DNA of 64,000 nt from Octopus bimaculoides (taxonomy: Eukaryota), in NCBI RefSeq assembly GCF_001194135.2, contig NC_068999.1:30387548-30451547 (forward strand), written 5' to 3'. Positions 49,250 through 61,273 of the stretch are shown here, piece by piece. Under the pieces are notes generated by a model. It ran no database searches and had not been told where the DNA came from. It saw only the letters and a program-made list of their open reading frames with translations. A program made the position numbers and the translations under genes. The first letter of the stretch is position 1; every line of letters starts with the position of its first letter.

Positions 49250-50080
49250 AGCCTTCACCAGGCCAGAACAGTTCATCCATGAACATTAGCCTCAACAGCC
49301 AACCCCTAGAAGTTGAACACTTCTCATACCTTGGGAGTATTCTTTTGAAGACGTGAAAAGGATGCAGAAAACCAGATTATAGTGACCCACCCTGCCTTCA
49401 GTAGACTCAGCCAATGTGTATTCTTCAATCACTCGCTGACCATCCAGCCAAAGATCATGGTCTTCTGTGCCAGTGTCAACTCTTCTCTATGCTTGTGAGA
49501 CTTGGACACTGTACCACTGTGACTTCAAGTGCCTTAAATGCTTTCAACAATCCAAGCTAAGACAGATCCTCAATATTTGATTGGAAGATCACATTACCAA
49601 CAAAGAGGTTCTTCACTGTGCCTCACCACCAAGTGTCTAAGCCACCATTCTTCGCCGTTGGTGTTGGTTCCACTAGGCAGGTCATGTCCAGTGTATGGAA
49701 CCCTCTTGTTTCCCAAGGATCATGCTCTACGGAGAACTTGCAATCGGAACAAGACATAAAAGAGGCTTGAAATTCTGTTTTAAAGACCAGACCAAATGGA
49801 CTCTGGCTCAAACTAACATCCAGCCATCCTCAAGAGAACAGATGGCCGTAGGTAGGACAGCCTGGAGGACTTCCATATCCACAATGGAGCCAACTCCTTC
49901 GAACAGAACAGACAACAGAATGAGGAGGTAAAACAAAGAAGAAAGGAGCATCTTCAACATCATTGACCTGCACTGACCATCCTGTGCGAATTCTGCCCAT
50001 GACTCTTTCACCACCAACTTGGACTCCAAAGTCACATTTGGCACAAAGAGCTGTCAAGGAGACTTGATAGAAACTGACAA
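49250..50080 (+). mobile_element. LINE 3' fragment (RTE-like C-terminus)
   Basis: YLGS, CETWTLY, QILNI, PRIMLYGELAIG, FKDQ, Cys/His motif near 49980-50040. Confidence 0.65.
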
Positions 50081-50855
50081 ACCAAATGCTTGGATATGAG
50101 CTGGAGCCTATTATATANNNNNNNNNNNNNNNNNNNNNNNNNNNNNNNNNNNNNNNNNNNNNNNNNNNNNNNNNNNNNNNNNNNNNNNNNNNNNNNNNNN
50201 NNNNNNNNNNNNNNNNNNNNNNNNNNNNNNNNNNNNNNNNNNNNNNNNNNNNNNNNNNNNNNNNNNNNNNNNNNNNNNNNNNNNNNNNNNNNNNNNNNNN
50301 NNNNNNNNNNNNNNNNNNNNNNNNNNNNNNNNNNNNNNNNNNNNNNNNNNNNNNNNNNNNNNNNNNNNNNNNNNNNNNNNNNNNNNNNNNNNNNNNNNNN
50401 NNNNNNNNNNNNNNNNNNNNNNNNNNNNNNNNNNNNNNNNNNNNNNNNNNNNNNNNNNNNNNNNNNNNNNNNNNNNNNNNNNNNNNNNNNNNNNNNNNNN
50501 NNNNNNNNNNNNNNNNNNNNNNNNNNNNNNNNNNNNNNNNNNNNNNNNNNNNNNNNNNNNNNNNNNNNNNNNNNNNNNNNNNNNNNNNNNNNNNNNNNNN
50601 NNNNNNNNNNNNNNNNNNNNNNNNNNNNNNNNNNNNNNNNNNNNNNNNNNNNNNNNNNNNNNNNNNNNNNNNNNNNNNNNNNNNNNNNNNNNNNNNNNNN
50701 NNNNNNNNNNNNNNNNNNNNNNNNNNNNNNNNNNNNNNNNNNNNNNNNNNNNNNNNNNNNNNNNNNNTATATATATCATTATTTCATGTTTGTTGTCCAT
50801 GCTGGCATGGATTGAACAGTTTGACAAGAGCTGGTAAGCTGGAAGGCTGCACCAA

Positions 50856-50886
<31 letters not shown>

Positions 50887-51029
50887 GGAAAGGAAAAAAT
50901 AATAATAAGGCAGAATGCTAAACTGAAAGCATATTTTAATATAAATGAGTGCAAGGATTTCAAAAGGATTTCAAACTGGCTTTCATTACATGGCAAATTT
51001 TCAACTTTGAGCTTCACAGAGGAAATGAC

Positions 51030-51640
51030 TTGTGACCGAAACCTTTGGCAATATGCTGTGCTTGAGATAACCAGTCAAGTCAAGTAAAATCGTAGTCATG
51101 GCTAATGTTGGTGTCGCATAACTGGCACCCATACCAGTGGCATGTAAAGAGCACCATTGGAGCATTGGGCTTCACAGAAGCAAAGTGGCTGAGTCCCTTT
51201 TGAGTGTTGGGCCTCATGGAGGCCAAGTGTCCAAGTTCCTTTTGAGCATTGGGCCTTATGGAGGCAAAGTAACTGAGTTCCTTTTAAGCATTGAGCCTCA
51301 CAGAGGCAAAGTGGCTGCGTTCCTTTCAAGTGTTGGGCCTCACAGAGGCAATGATTGAGACCTTTGGCAACATGTTATGCTTGAGAAGAAGACCCATCAA
51401 GCTGAGCAAAATTGCAGTTGTGGCAGATACCAGTGTCACTCAAATGGCACCTGTGCCAGTGGCATGTAGATGCACTCATTACACTCTTAGAATTGTTGGC
51501 ATTAGGAAGGGCATCCAGCTGTAGAAAACCATGTCAAATCAAACTGGAGTCTGGTGCAGCCTTCCAGTTTGCCAGCTCTGGTCAAACTGCCCAACCCATG
51601 CCAGCATGGACAACAGATGATAAATGATGATGATGATGAT
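51030..51640 (+). mobile_element. Family F repeat with an internal 42-bp tandem array and an RTE-type tail
   Basis: Five 42-bp units starting at 51160, 51202, 51244, 51286 and 51328; family A tail ending gatgatgatgat. Confidence 0.75.
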
Positions 51641-52096
51641 AATATATTTCTGGTCACTTCAGCAATATGACTACACATGTGCCGTTGGTGATTTCTTCTC
51701 CATCTCTTTTCCTATTCTCCTTTCCGATGAAGAGCTATCATTCAAACGTTAAATATTCTCACTTCACCAAGTGTGAAGCTAATACATTTCTTGTGCACAT
51801 CTTCACGTTCGTTTATTTTATTTGAATTGACAATATACACACATATTTATATATATATTCACATAGCTATCTATCTATATACACTTACACTCACACACAC
51901 ATACACATACGCACACATGCGCACACACATATGTGCATATGTATATGTGTGAGTATGCATATGTTTGTCCTTCACAACTGAGTGGCTCAAGGTTCAAGAG
52001 TTTTGTGGATTGGCACTTATCAAACTACTTTGATAAGTGCCAATGCACAAAACTTTCAGACATTGGGTCACTCTGTTACTTTTGCTTAAAATTTAT

Positions 52097-52132
<36 letters not shown>

Positions 52133-52165
52133 CTATATAGATAGACAGATAGATAGATATATACA

Positions 52166-52825
52166 TACAGGCTACGATGGGTAAATTGTCACCGTTTCAT
52201 ATTCTTAATTTTGTGCATGTGCATTGTTTGTTTTTGATTTTGTCAACACAACTAGACAGCATAGCAGGGTCAGTTGGGCACAGTCAGTGAGAAAACAGCA
52301 CCATGGCACAATCCAGTCTGCCTGAAATTTGGAAACGACATGCTGTACTGTTGGAAGCTCCAATACAAACATTTCAGAGTGTTTGGGTGTCAATCTGAAG
52401 ACATGTACAGAGAGAGTGATAAAAATCAAACATCCAGTCAACATCATGGTGTTTGGAGTGATCACTAGTGATGGTGACGTTATGCCTTCATTTAACTTCC
52501 CACATGGCCTTAGACTTAACATGGAAACCCACATCAAGTGTCTGGAGGAGGTAGTGATACCTTGGGTCAAAAGAGTAGCTGCTGGAAGACCCTATGTCAG
52601 GCAACAGGACTCCACACCACACTACACATGCAGGGGAACCCAGTTATCGCTGTCAGACAATCTTTGCAACCACATCACCCCTGGAGATTTTATTGAATAA
52701 ATTTACTCTTTAGTATTTCAAATCATCTCTATGTAATTTTGGTAAATATATCTGTTAAAACGAGATGTCAGTGTTATTTTCATTTTTGCGTAATGTAGAC
52801 AACAGTTTATTCACTGCACCCTGTA
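52166..52825 (+). mobile_element. Internally deleted DD37D (maT-type) Tc1/mariner element
   Basis: TA-flanked, right end caccctgta; KHPVNIMVFGVITSDG...RQQDSTPH; homologous to 56367-57591. Confidence 0.8.
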
Positions 52826-52829
52826 TTCT

Positions 52830-52963
52830 TGTTTCAGTCATTGGACTATGGCCATGCTGGAGTACCACCTCTAGTCGAACAAACTGCAGAGTGCTAAGTT
52901 TGGGGTCGTAACCACACCAACATTGTTGTTAAGCAATGGTGAGGGAACAAGCACACACACAAA

Positions 52964-53005
<42 letters not shown>

Positions 53006-53018
53006 CGCACACACACAC

Positions 53019-53055
<37 letters not shown>

Positions 53056-53290
53056 CGCACACACACACACGCACACACACACACACACACACACGATGGG
53101 CTTCTTTTAGTTTCTGTCTACCAAGTCCACTCACAAGGCTTTGGTCTTCCTGAGGCTATAGTAGAAGACAGTTGTTCAAGGTGCCACTCAGAGGGACTGA
53201 ACCCGGAACCATGTGGCTGGGAAGCAAGCTTCTTATCACACTGCTACTCTGCACCTAGCACAAGCTTCTTACCACACAGCCCACTCTGCA
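52830..53290 (-). mobile_element. Family C SINE with a long internal (CA)n
   Basis: cttgtttcagtcattggactatggccatgctggag...gggactgaacccggaacc. Confidence 0.75.
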
Positions 53291-53779
53291 CCTGTATATG
53301 TATGTATATATGTACGTATATACATATGTATGTGTGTATACATACACAATAGCTGAAACACCTGGTGTTGCCTGAGTCAAGGACTCAAAAAATTAATAAT
53401 ATTACAAAGCAATTTGTTTAACTTAAAGCAAATATTTCAGAAAACACTCAGGGAAATTTCAGATTAAGTATATTATATAGGTCATTTATGTAAAATATTT
53501 TTTGTGAATATTTTTTCAGATATCCATGTTTTAAACATGAAATTTCAATTTTGCCAAAAATTGTACAGAAGTTCAAATCTTTCCAATTCTCCCTCCAATT
53601 ACTGTTGAAGCATTAGCATAACTCTGACCTTCCCACATTCCAGTATTATTTCATGAAGTATCAAACTATGTCACCAAATATTTTGAGCATCTTTGCAACT
53701 ATCCTTGACAGTCCAGCTGATTTCCTTCTCTTCATGTCCTTAGTCATTTTATCTATCACACTGGATATTTTTCTAAAAA

Positions 53780-54520
53780 AAAAAAAATACTAGAGTGTAT
53801 GTTAGAAAAATACCAGTGTAATATTGAGAAATTCCACAGTTTACTTGACGAAAATAAGATAGTACTTTAGAGAATTACTATGGTGTACTTTAGATATACT
53901 GCATTGTATTTTTGAGAAATACTATTGAGCATTTCAGAAAAAAATCACAATGAATTTTAAAGAAATTAGATTGTGTACTTTAGACAAACACTCCAAGCTA
54001 CTTAACAGAAATAAGTGTAGTTTAGAGAATAAAAACAGAATATTTTAAAGAAACTCCACAGTATACTTTCAAAAGACACACAGTACTTTTTGAGAACATT
54101 CTACAGTGTAATTTAAAGAAATAGCCATGCACTTTAGAGAAATAGCACAGTGTAGTTTGGAGAAATATTATAGTTAACCTTAGAGAAATAAGGCAGTTGT
54201 ACTTTGGAGAAATACCAGTGTTGTTTTGAAAAAAAAAAATCAATGTATTTTAGCAAAATACTGCATTTTACATTTCAGAAATACCAATACTGTACATTAG
54301 AGGAATACTAAGGTGTACTTAAAGAAATACAAGTATTTAATTTAGAGAAGATTACTTCTGTGTTTTTTGTGTGGGCAGTTCAGCAAGAAATTGCAGAATT
54401 GTCCTTCTTGGACTCAAGAGACAACTGGCAACAACAATGTACTTTAGAAGTAGCAAAATGTACTTTAAAAAAGTACCTGTGTATACTTTGGAAGTGTGTG
54501 TATACTGTGTATATTTTAGA
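53780..54520. repeat. Degenerate minisatellite of about 22 bp (AGTGTACTTTAGAGAAATACC)
   Basis: tactttagagaaat / tgtacttt motifs recur every 21-23 bp. Confidence 0.75.
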
Positions 54521-55531
54521 AGTATTAAAAAGAGTAAAAGACAGAATATGAAAACTAAAAAACTAAAGAGGTAGGAAGCAGTTTAAAGCATATCCTGCAC
54601 ATATCTGTCCCTCAACAATGAGAAGTCTCCACATTGAAAGAGCAAAATTTGAGAAAAAGTTTTGCTTAAAATAAATTTGCATTGTTAAAAGCAAAAAAAA
54701 AAAAAAAAAAAAATTCAGTACATTAATAAATCATTATTGTTTGCATGATATTTCTATTTGATAAGATATAAGAATACTGTTAAACACATGAATGATGATC
54801 ATAAGCACTGCTTAGATTTCTTTAATAATGAAACCAAAGTAAGCAGACACATTCGTTTTGGTATGTAGCTATGTATAATGCACATATTACCCCCACATAT
54901 CTATACAGATATAAAAAGTGGGGGGAGAGAGAGAGAGAGAGAGAGGGAAAGAGAATATTCTAAATATCAATATTGCATTAATATTTTTTAAGCCAAAATA
55001 TCTGTAGCACAGCTGTGAGTGTGTATGCACATTTACAAACATTCTGACATAACATTATATACATATTTGTATACATTTATTGATTATCATATTTTTCATC
55101 AATTGATGTAAATAATATGTATCATAAATATATGCACATGGGGATATATACATTTGTTTATTCATTCAACATCAGTTTTTTTTTCTATACTAGCATGGGC
55201 TGGACAGCAACTTGTGACAGTATTTTACAGTAGATGCTGTTCCTGTCATCAACCCTTAGCTATTTTTCTAATAAAGGATTTTTTTGTTTCAGAGGCCTTT
55301 AAATGTGTAGAATAGGTGGATAAAATGGTGAAAAAGAATGTAAGCATCATTGGTGTTTTGCTTAAGCACTGACAAATGGAATTTCAACATTTACTGGATT
55401 TGGTAGCTCATCGTACACACACACACACACACACACATGACAACAGGTGGGGGTTGGCAACAGGAAGAGAATTTAGCTGTGGAAAACTTGTCACATGAAT
55501 GGTGCTGCACATATATATATATATAAAAGGA

Positions 55532-55823
55532 AAAGGAAAACAAAACCAAGGCAGGATGAGCAATTTAGGTAATTTAGAATATTTAGAGTAAGGTGAAACA
55601 AAACAGAAGTATCACCTACTATACTAAAGTATAATAGGTGAACGAACAAGCAGATTATTATATAGATGTTTATATTTTACCTTGTTGATTGTTCTGCACA
55701 AGATATTTGAAGTACACAAAATATCTTAATTATTTCTACTTCTCCTTTTTTGATTCACCTTACTCTAATTAAATATTCTAAATGACCTGAGATGTTTGTC
55801 TTGCCTTGGTTTTGTTTTCCTTT
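55532..55823. mobile_element. MITE/foldback-like element with TIRs of about 65-70 bp
   Basis: aaggaaaacaaaaccaaggc...agagtaaggtgaa versus ttcaccttactct...gccttggttttgttttcctt; TA-rich flanks. Confidence 0.65.
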
Positions 55824-55994
55824 AATATATACCTGCTGACTTGGATGCCTACTATGGATCCCTAGCTCCAGCCTCAGCTGTGAGCTTGGAATCTAACAGA
55901 TGACCAATTATAGCACTTTTGCAGCGTACCTATTGGTTTAAATCGTCAGTGAACTAAACCCCTCATATTCTTTACATATATCATATATATATAT

Positions 55995-56285
55995 CATCAC
56001 CATCAACATCATCGTTGTTTAACATCCACTTTCCATGCTGGCATGGGTTGGATGGAAGGCTGCACCAGGATCCAATCTGATCTGGCAAAGTTTCTACACC
56101 TGGATGCTCTTCCTAACGCTAACCACTCTGAGAGTCTAGAGGGGGCTTTCTAAATGCCACTGGCACGAAGTCCAGTCAGGCAGTACTGGTATCGACCAAA
56201 CTTGAATGGTGCTTTTCTGTGCCAACGGCATGAGAGCCAGTCAAGTGGCACTGGCAATGACCATGCTTGAATGGTGCTTTTTACG

Positions 56286-56290
<5 letters not shown>
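55995..56290 (-). mobile_element. RTE-3'-tail repeat (family A)
   Basis: catcgttgtttaacatccactttccatgctggcatgggttgg... Confidence 0.75.
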
Positions 56291-56354
<64 letters not shown>

Positions 56355-56366
56355 TACATACATACA

Positions 56367-57591
56367 TACTCTGGGTGCTATGGGTAAATTGTCGCCATTT
56401 TATATTTTTAATTTTGCGCATACACAGTGTTTGTTTTTTATTTTGTCGACTACACAGTATAGTAGGGTCAGTTGGGCACCATGTGTGCGTAAAAAGCACC
56501 ATGACACAATTCACTCTGCCAGAAATTTGGAAACGACATGTTATACTGCTTGGTATACAAGCTGGAAGCTCCAATATGAACGTTTCAGAGTGTTTGGGTG
56601 TCAATCTGAAGACAGTGCAGAGGATTCAGAAAGAGTTAGATGAGTCTAATGGTGATTATGAAGGTATGGCATCTCAAAAACTCACTCTGATCCTTCTGAT
56701 AAGAAAAGAGCTCCTGAATTTGTTGGTGAGATCCAGGCCATGATTGATAATGATCCCATTGTCAATGAGGTCCATTGCCAGGGACATGAGAATGTCTGAG
56801 TTTCTCATCAGGCAGGTAGTGCATGAAGACATTTGGTATTCCTCATACAAGATGAGAAAGGGCCAATTTTTATCCCAAGCCAGCAAGGACAAGAGGAAAG
56901 ACTGCCCTACGAAGCTTTTGAACAAATTCAAGCATCCCCTCTAACTTTGATTTTTCTCAGACGGGAAAAATTTCTACCAGGATCAGACAATGAACAAACA
57001 GAACAACCGTTGGCTTGCCATGTCCCCAAAACATGTACTGAGAGTGATGAAAATAAAATATCCACTCAACACCATGGTGTCTGGCATGATCACTAATGAT
57101 CATGATGTTATGCCTCCATTCATCTTCCCACATGGCCTCAGACTCAACACAGAGGCCTACATCAAGTACTTGGAGGAGGCAGTGCTGCCCTGAGTCAAGA
57201 GGGTGGCTATTGAAAGACCCTGTGTTAGGCAACAGGACTCTGCACCATGCCACACAAGCAGGAGAACCCAGTCATGGCTGTCAGACAATTTTTGTGATCA
57301 CCTCACCCCTAACATTAGGCCACCTAACTCCCCAGACTGCAACTCCCTTGATTATTATGTGTGGGGTGCAGTTGAGCAAGAGACCAACAAAACTCTTTGT
57401 AAGACCAAAGATGAACTGAAGGCAAGGATTATGGCAACATTCACCAACTTAAACAGGGAGACCATCCAGAAGAGTTGCAGGAGATTCCAAAGTCGTCTGG
57501 AGGCCATGGTTGGATAAATTTACTCTTTAGTATTTCAAGATATTTTTATGTAGTTTTGGTAAATACATCAATTTATTCATCGCATCCTGTA
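56367..57591 (+). mobile_element. Decayed DD37D (maT-type) Tc1/mariner transposon
   Basis: QQDSAPCHTSRRTQSWLSDNFCDHLTPNIRPPNSPDCNSLDYYVWG has 37 residues between the second and third Asp; TA-flanked ends. Confidence 0.88.
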
Positions 57592-57654
57592 TATAAATAT
57601 ACTAGTAGAGATACGCAGCCTTGCTCAGGATTAAAATGGCATAGATTTTTTATT

Positions 57655-57841
57655 GTTTTACTTGTTTCAGTCATATGACTGCAGTCATGCTGGAGCACCA
57701 CCATTGGTCTAACAAATCAACCACAGGATTTATTCTTTATAAGCCTAGAACTTATTCCCATAGCCGTTAAGCTATGGGAATATAAACACAGCAACATCAG
57801 TTGTCAAGCAATGGTGAGGGTACAAATACACACACACACAT

Positions 57842-57887
<46 letters not shown>

Positions 57888-57982
57888 GCATGCACACACA
57901 CACAAATATACGCATATATATGACAGTCTTCTTTCAGTTTGCGTGTACAAAATCCATTCATAAGGCTTTGGTCAGCCTGAGG

Positions 57983-58031
<49 letters not shown>

Positions 58032-58140
58032 GTAAAAGTAATATGTGACAATTATTTGGTAGCCATGATAAAACTCTGAGTTTTGAATATCTATATATAC
58101 ATATATATACACACACATATATATATTTATATATATGTAA

Positions 58141-58172
<32 letters not shown>

Positions 58173-58430
58173 GTCTATCTATTTATCAATCTATATATAT
58201 ATATATATATAATAACTCTTTTACTCTGTTACTTGTTTCAGTCTCATTTGAGTGTGGTCATCCTGGAATACTGCCTTTTAATTGAGTAAATCGACCCCTG
58301 GACTTATTCTTTGTAAGCCTGGTGCTTATTCTATCGATATCTTATGCCAAACTGCTAAGTTATGGGGACGTAAAGACACCAACATCGGTTTCTAAGCGAT
58401 GATAGGGGTGGGGAACAAACAGACACAAAT

Positions 58431-58467
<37 letters not shown>

Positions 58468-58873
58468 CTCTTTTATTCTTTTACTTGTTTCAGTCATTTG
58501 ACTGCGGCCATGCTGGAGCACCGCCTTTAGTCGAGCAAATTGACCCCAGGACATATTCTTTGGAAGCCTAGTACTTATTCTATCGGTCTCTTATGCCGAA
58601 CCGCTAAGTTACGGGGACGTAAACACACCAGTATCGGTTGTCAAGTGATGTTGGGGGGACAAACACAGACACATACACACGCATACATGTATACATATAT
58701 ATATACATATATACGACGGGCTTCTTTCAGTTTCCGTCTACCAAATCCACTCACAAGGCTTTGGTCGGCCTGAGGCTATAGTAGAAGACACTTGCCCAAG
58801 GTGCCACACAGTGAGACTGAACCTGAAAACATATGGTTGGGAAGTAAGCTGCTTAGCACACAGCCATGCCCGC
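57655..58873 (-). mobile_element. Cluster of three family C SINE copies separated by microsatellites
   Basis: Copies at about 57655-57990, 58215-58460 and 58465-58873; the last retains an A/B-box head. Confidence 0.8.
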
Positions 58874-59335
58874 NNNNNNNNNNNNNNNNNNNNNNNNNNN
58901 NNNNNNNNNNNNNNNNNNNNNNNNNNNNNNNNNNNNNNNNNNNNNNNNNNNNNNNNNNNNNNNNNNNNNNNNNNNNNNNNNNNNNNNNNNNNNNNNNNNN
59001 NNNNNNNNNNNNNNNNNNNNNNNNNNNNNNNNNNNNNNNNNNNNNNNNNNNNNNATAGATACATACATATGTATACAAATACATGCATACATACATACAC
59101 ATATATATATATATATATATATAGTTGAGGTGTGTTCTGTTAAGAATGTATAAGAGTACAAATAGAGCTTGTTCACCCTTAGAATTCCCAAATAGCCAGT
59201 AGTATTCTTATGGTATGCTACCAATTCTAGTCTTAGGTATTCCTTGTGTGTGAAAATAACAGAACATACCTCAACTGACAATGACAAAAGCCAAATAACT
59301 GGTCGAAGTCACTTTTCATATTTAGGGTCCAAAGG

Positions 59336-61113
59336 ATGGAGAAGCTAAATCTAGATTTCTTGCTAAAAGGCATCCAAATTCCATCCAAAAATGAATATTT
59401 AAAGCTAATAACAGCCAGTACACGCCCCTTCATTAGAAGAATGTGATGGAAAGTATTCTTCTATGACAAAGAAAACAAAAATAGAGGACCTAATGAGAGA
59501 TACGAACGTGTTCAAGAACATATTCAAATCACCAAGGAATCTATCTTCAAATCATCACATAGTACCATTCGAGGAAGAACTATACAAAATAATATGTAAT
59601 CTCAAATTCAGGAAGTACCCGGCAAAGAGAAATGAACATCAGCAGAAACTGAGTAAAATATTGAAGATCTTTAAAGAAACAAAAGGAATAATTGTGCCAG
59701 CGGACAAAACCAGCAACCTTTATATTGTAGACAATGCACTTTACAACAGTTTACTAAGAAAAGAAATACTCAGCAAATACAATCAGGAACCCAGCAACAT
59801 TTTAGATAAAATAAATAAAAAGGGATTGAAAATAGTAGGAAAGCTAGGGATTGATGATCGTACTGAACCATACACCCCAAAGAAAAACCCAAGATAAATC
59901 TAAAAGACCACAAAAATAATTAAAAAAATGACCCTAAAATGAGACTTATATGCCCATCAAAATCGGACACTGGACGTATTAATAAAAACATACTAGAAAA
60001 AACAATACTAGTGCTAAAAGCTAAAATTGGGCTTTCATTGTGGTCTTGCACTCAAGAAGTCATAGAATGGTTTTTAAGAGCAGGGAAAAATAAAAAATCT
60101 AAATTTATAAAATTGGATATAGATAGTTACTACTCAACTATTAATCCAATAGTATTAAATAAAGCTCTTATTTTTGCAATGAAAAAACTAGTTTATCAAG
60201 AAAAGACATGGACATAATCCTATCAGCTCATCAAACTGTTATTAGTTACAATAACAAAATATGGATGAGATCTGATAGGCCAAATCCTTTTGATATAACA
60301 ATAGGATCAAGCGATTTGGCTGAGGTTTCGGATATAGTTGGAATCTACCTATTATCCCAAATCAGATCAGAATTCCCACAGATAACAGGAGGTAACAAAG
60401 ATATTGCTTTTTTCCTATTAAAAAAACTGTACTAAAATTGAGATTGAAAGATACAGAAAAGAACTCCAAAAATTTTTTAGATGTTTCGGCCTTTCTTTTA
60501 CCATGGATGGTAATTATCATAAGGTAAACTTTTTAGATTTGGAAAATTTCAATTTCGAAAATGGCTTCTACAAACCATACTACAAGCTTAATGAATGCTT
60601 AAGATACATAAATGTTAATTCCAACCATCCACCTTCCATAATCAAAGTATAATTAAGAATGTAGCTACCAGAATATCATGATTATCAGCATCAGAAGAAA
60701 TATTCAAACAACATGCAGAATACTACAATGAAGTGTTTGCTAGGGCCAGATATAAAAAGAGAATCAAGTTTGTAAATAAAAAAACATCAAATAACAATAA
60801 CACAGATACAAATAAGATAGAATACACAGTTAATTCGGATGACATCAACAAACGAATAACAAGAACTAAGGGAAAACCTGAGGAACAAAGGAAAGATAGG
60901 AAGAAAATGGATATAACTCAAAAGGAAAGAAAAAATTGGAATACTGACACACATAATCACTACACACAAAAAATATGGAAGAAACCAAACAAAAGGTACA
61001 AAAATTCGGAAGTCCTATGGTATAATCCAATTTTTAGACTCCAAATATCGTCCAAGATTGGTAAGCAATTCATTGCAGCATTAAATAGATGCTTTCCTAA
61101 AACACATAACTGA
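59336..61113 (+). mobile_element. Decayed Penelope-like RT ORF (YxDD motif deleted, no EN retained)
   Basis: IPSKNEYLK...RRM*WK, PADKTSNLY, LKDHK, RLICPSKS, KLDIDSYYS, FDITIGSSDLAEVSDIVG, VNFLD, SNHPPSII, LWYNP. Confidence 0.85.
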
Positions 61114-61273
61114 ATAAATAAACAGACAATGTGCACATTGCAGCTCAAGTCGATTGTGGTAATACACTCATACTGAGCGAATTGAAACCGTCAGCACTTG
61201 TTGGTTTCAAAGAAGAAGTCATGGATGTTGTAACATGGAAATCAAGATTTACTTACAGAGACAGTAACTGAGT

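Larger units (their letters stand above)
45533..50767. other. Region with four assembly gaps (45533-46102, 46653-46662, 47196-48000, 50118-50767); other gaps at 5133-5232, 32740-32953, 58874-59054 and 62640-62851
   Basis: N runs. Confidence 0.99.

Noticed and set aside
45507-51087. Long ORFs of 220-416 aa in the track
   Set aside because: They are open only because they run through N gaps.
51160-51350. CRISPR-like array (also 19210-19630 and 53780-54520)
   Set aside because: Head-to-tail tandem units without unique spacers, eukaryotic context, no cas genes.
52871-53352. His/Thr- or Cys/Val-repeat ORFs (also 3265-3603, 9879-10318, 56150-56743, 61429-61767)
   Set aside because: Translations of (CA)n, (TA)n and (TACA)n microsatellites.
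54694-54713. Poly(A) run preceded by AATAAA as a processed pseudogene end
   Set aside because: No upstream ORF or target-site duplication is recognisable.
61165-61200. ctgagcgaattgaaaccgtcag as a second hammerhead
   Set aside because: The CUGANGA core and stem II cannot be assigned; only the GAAAC-CG-UC half resembles one.
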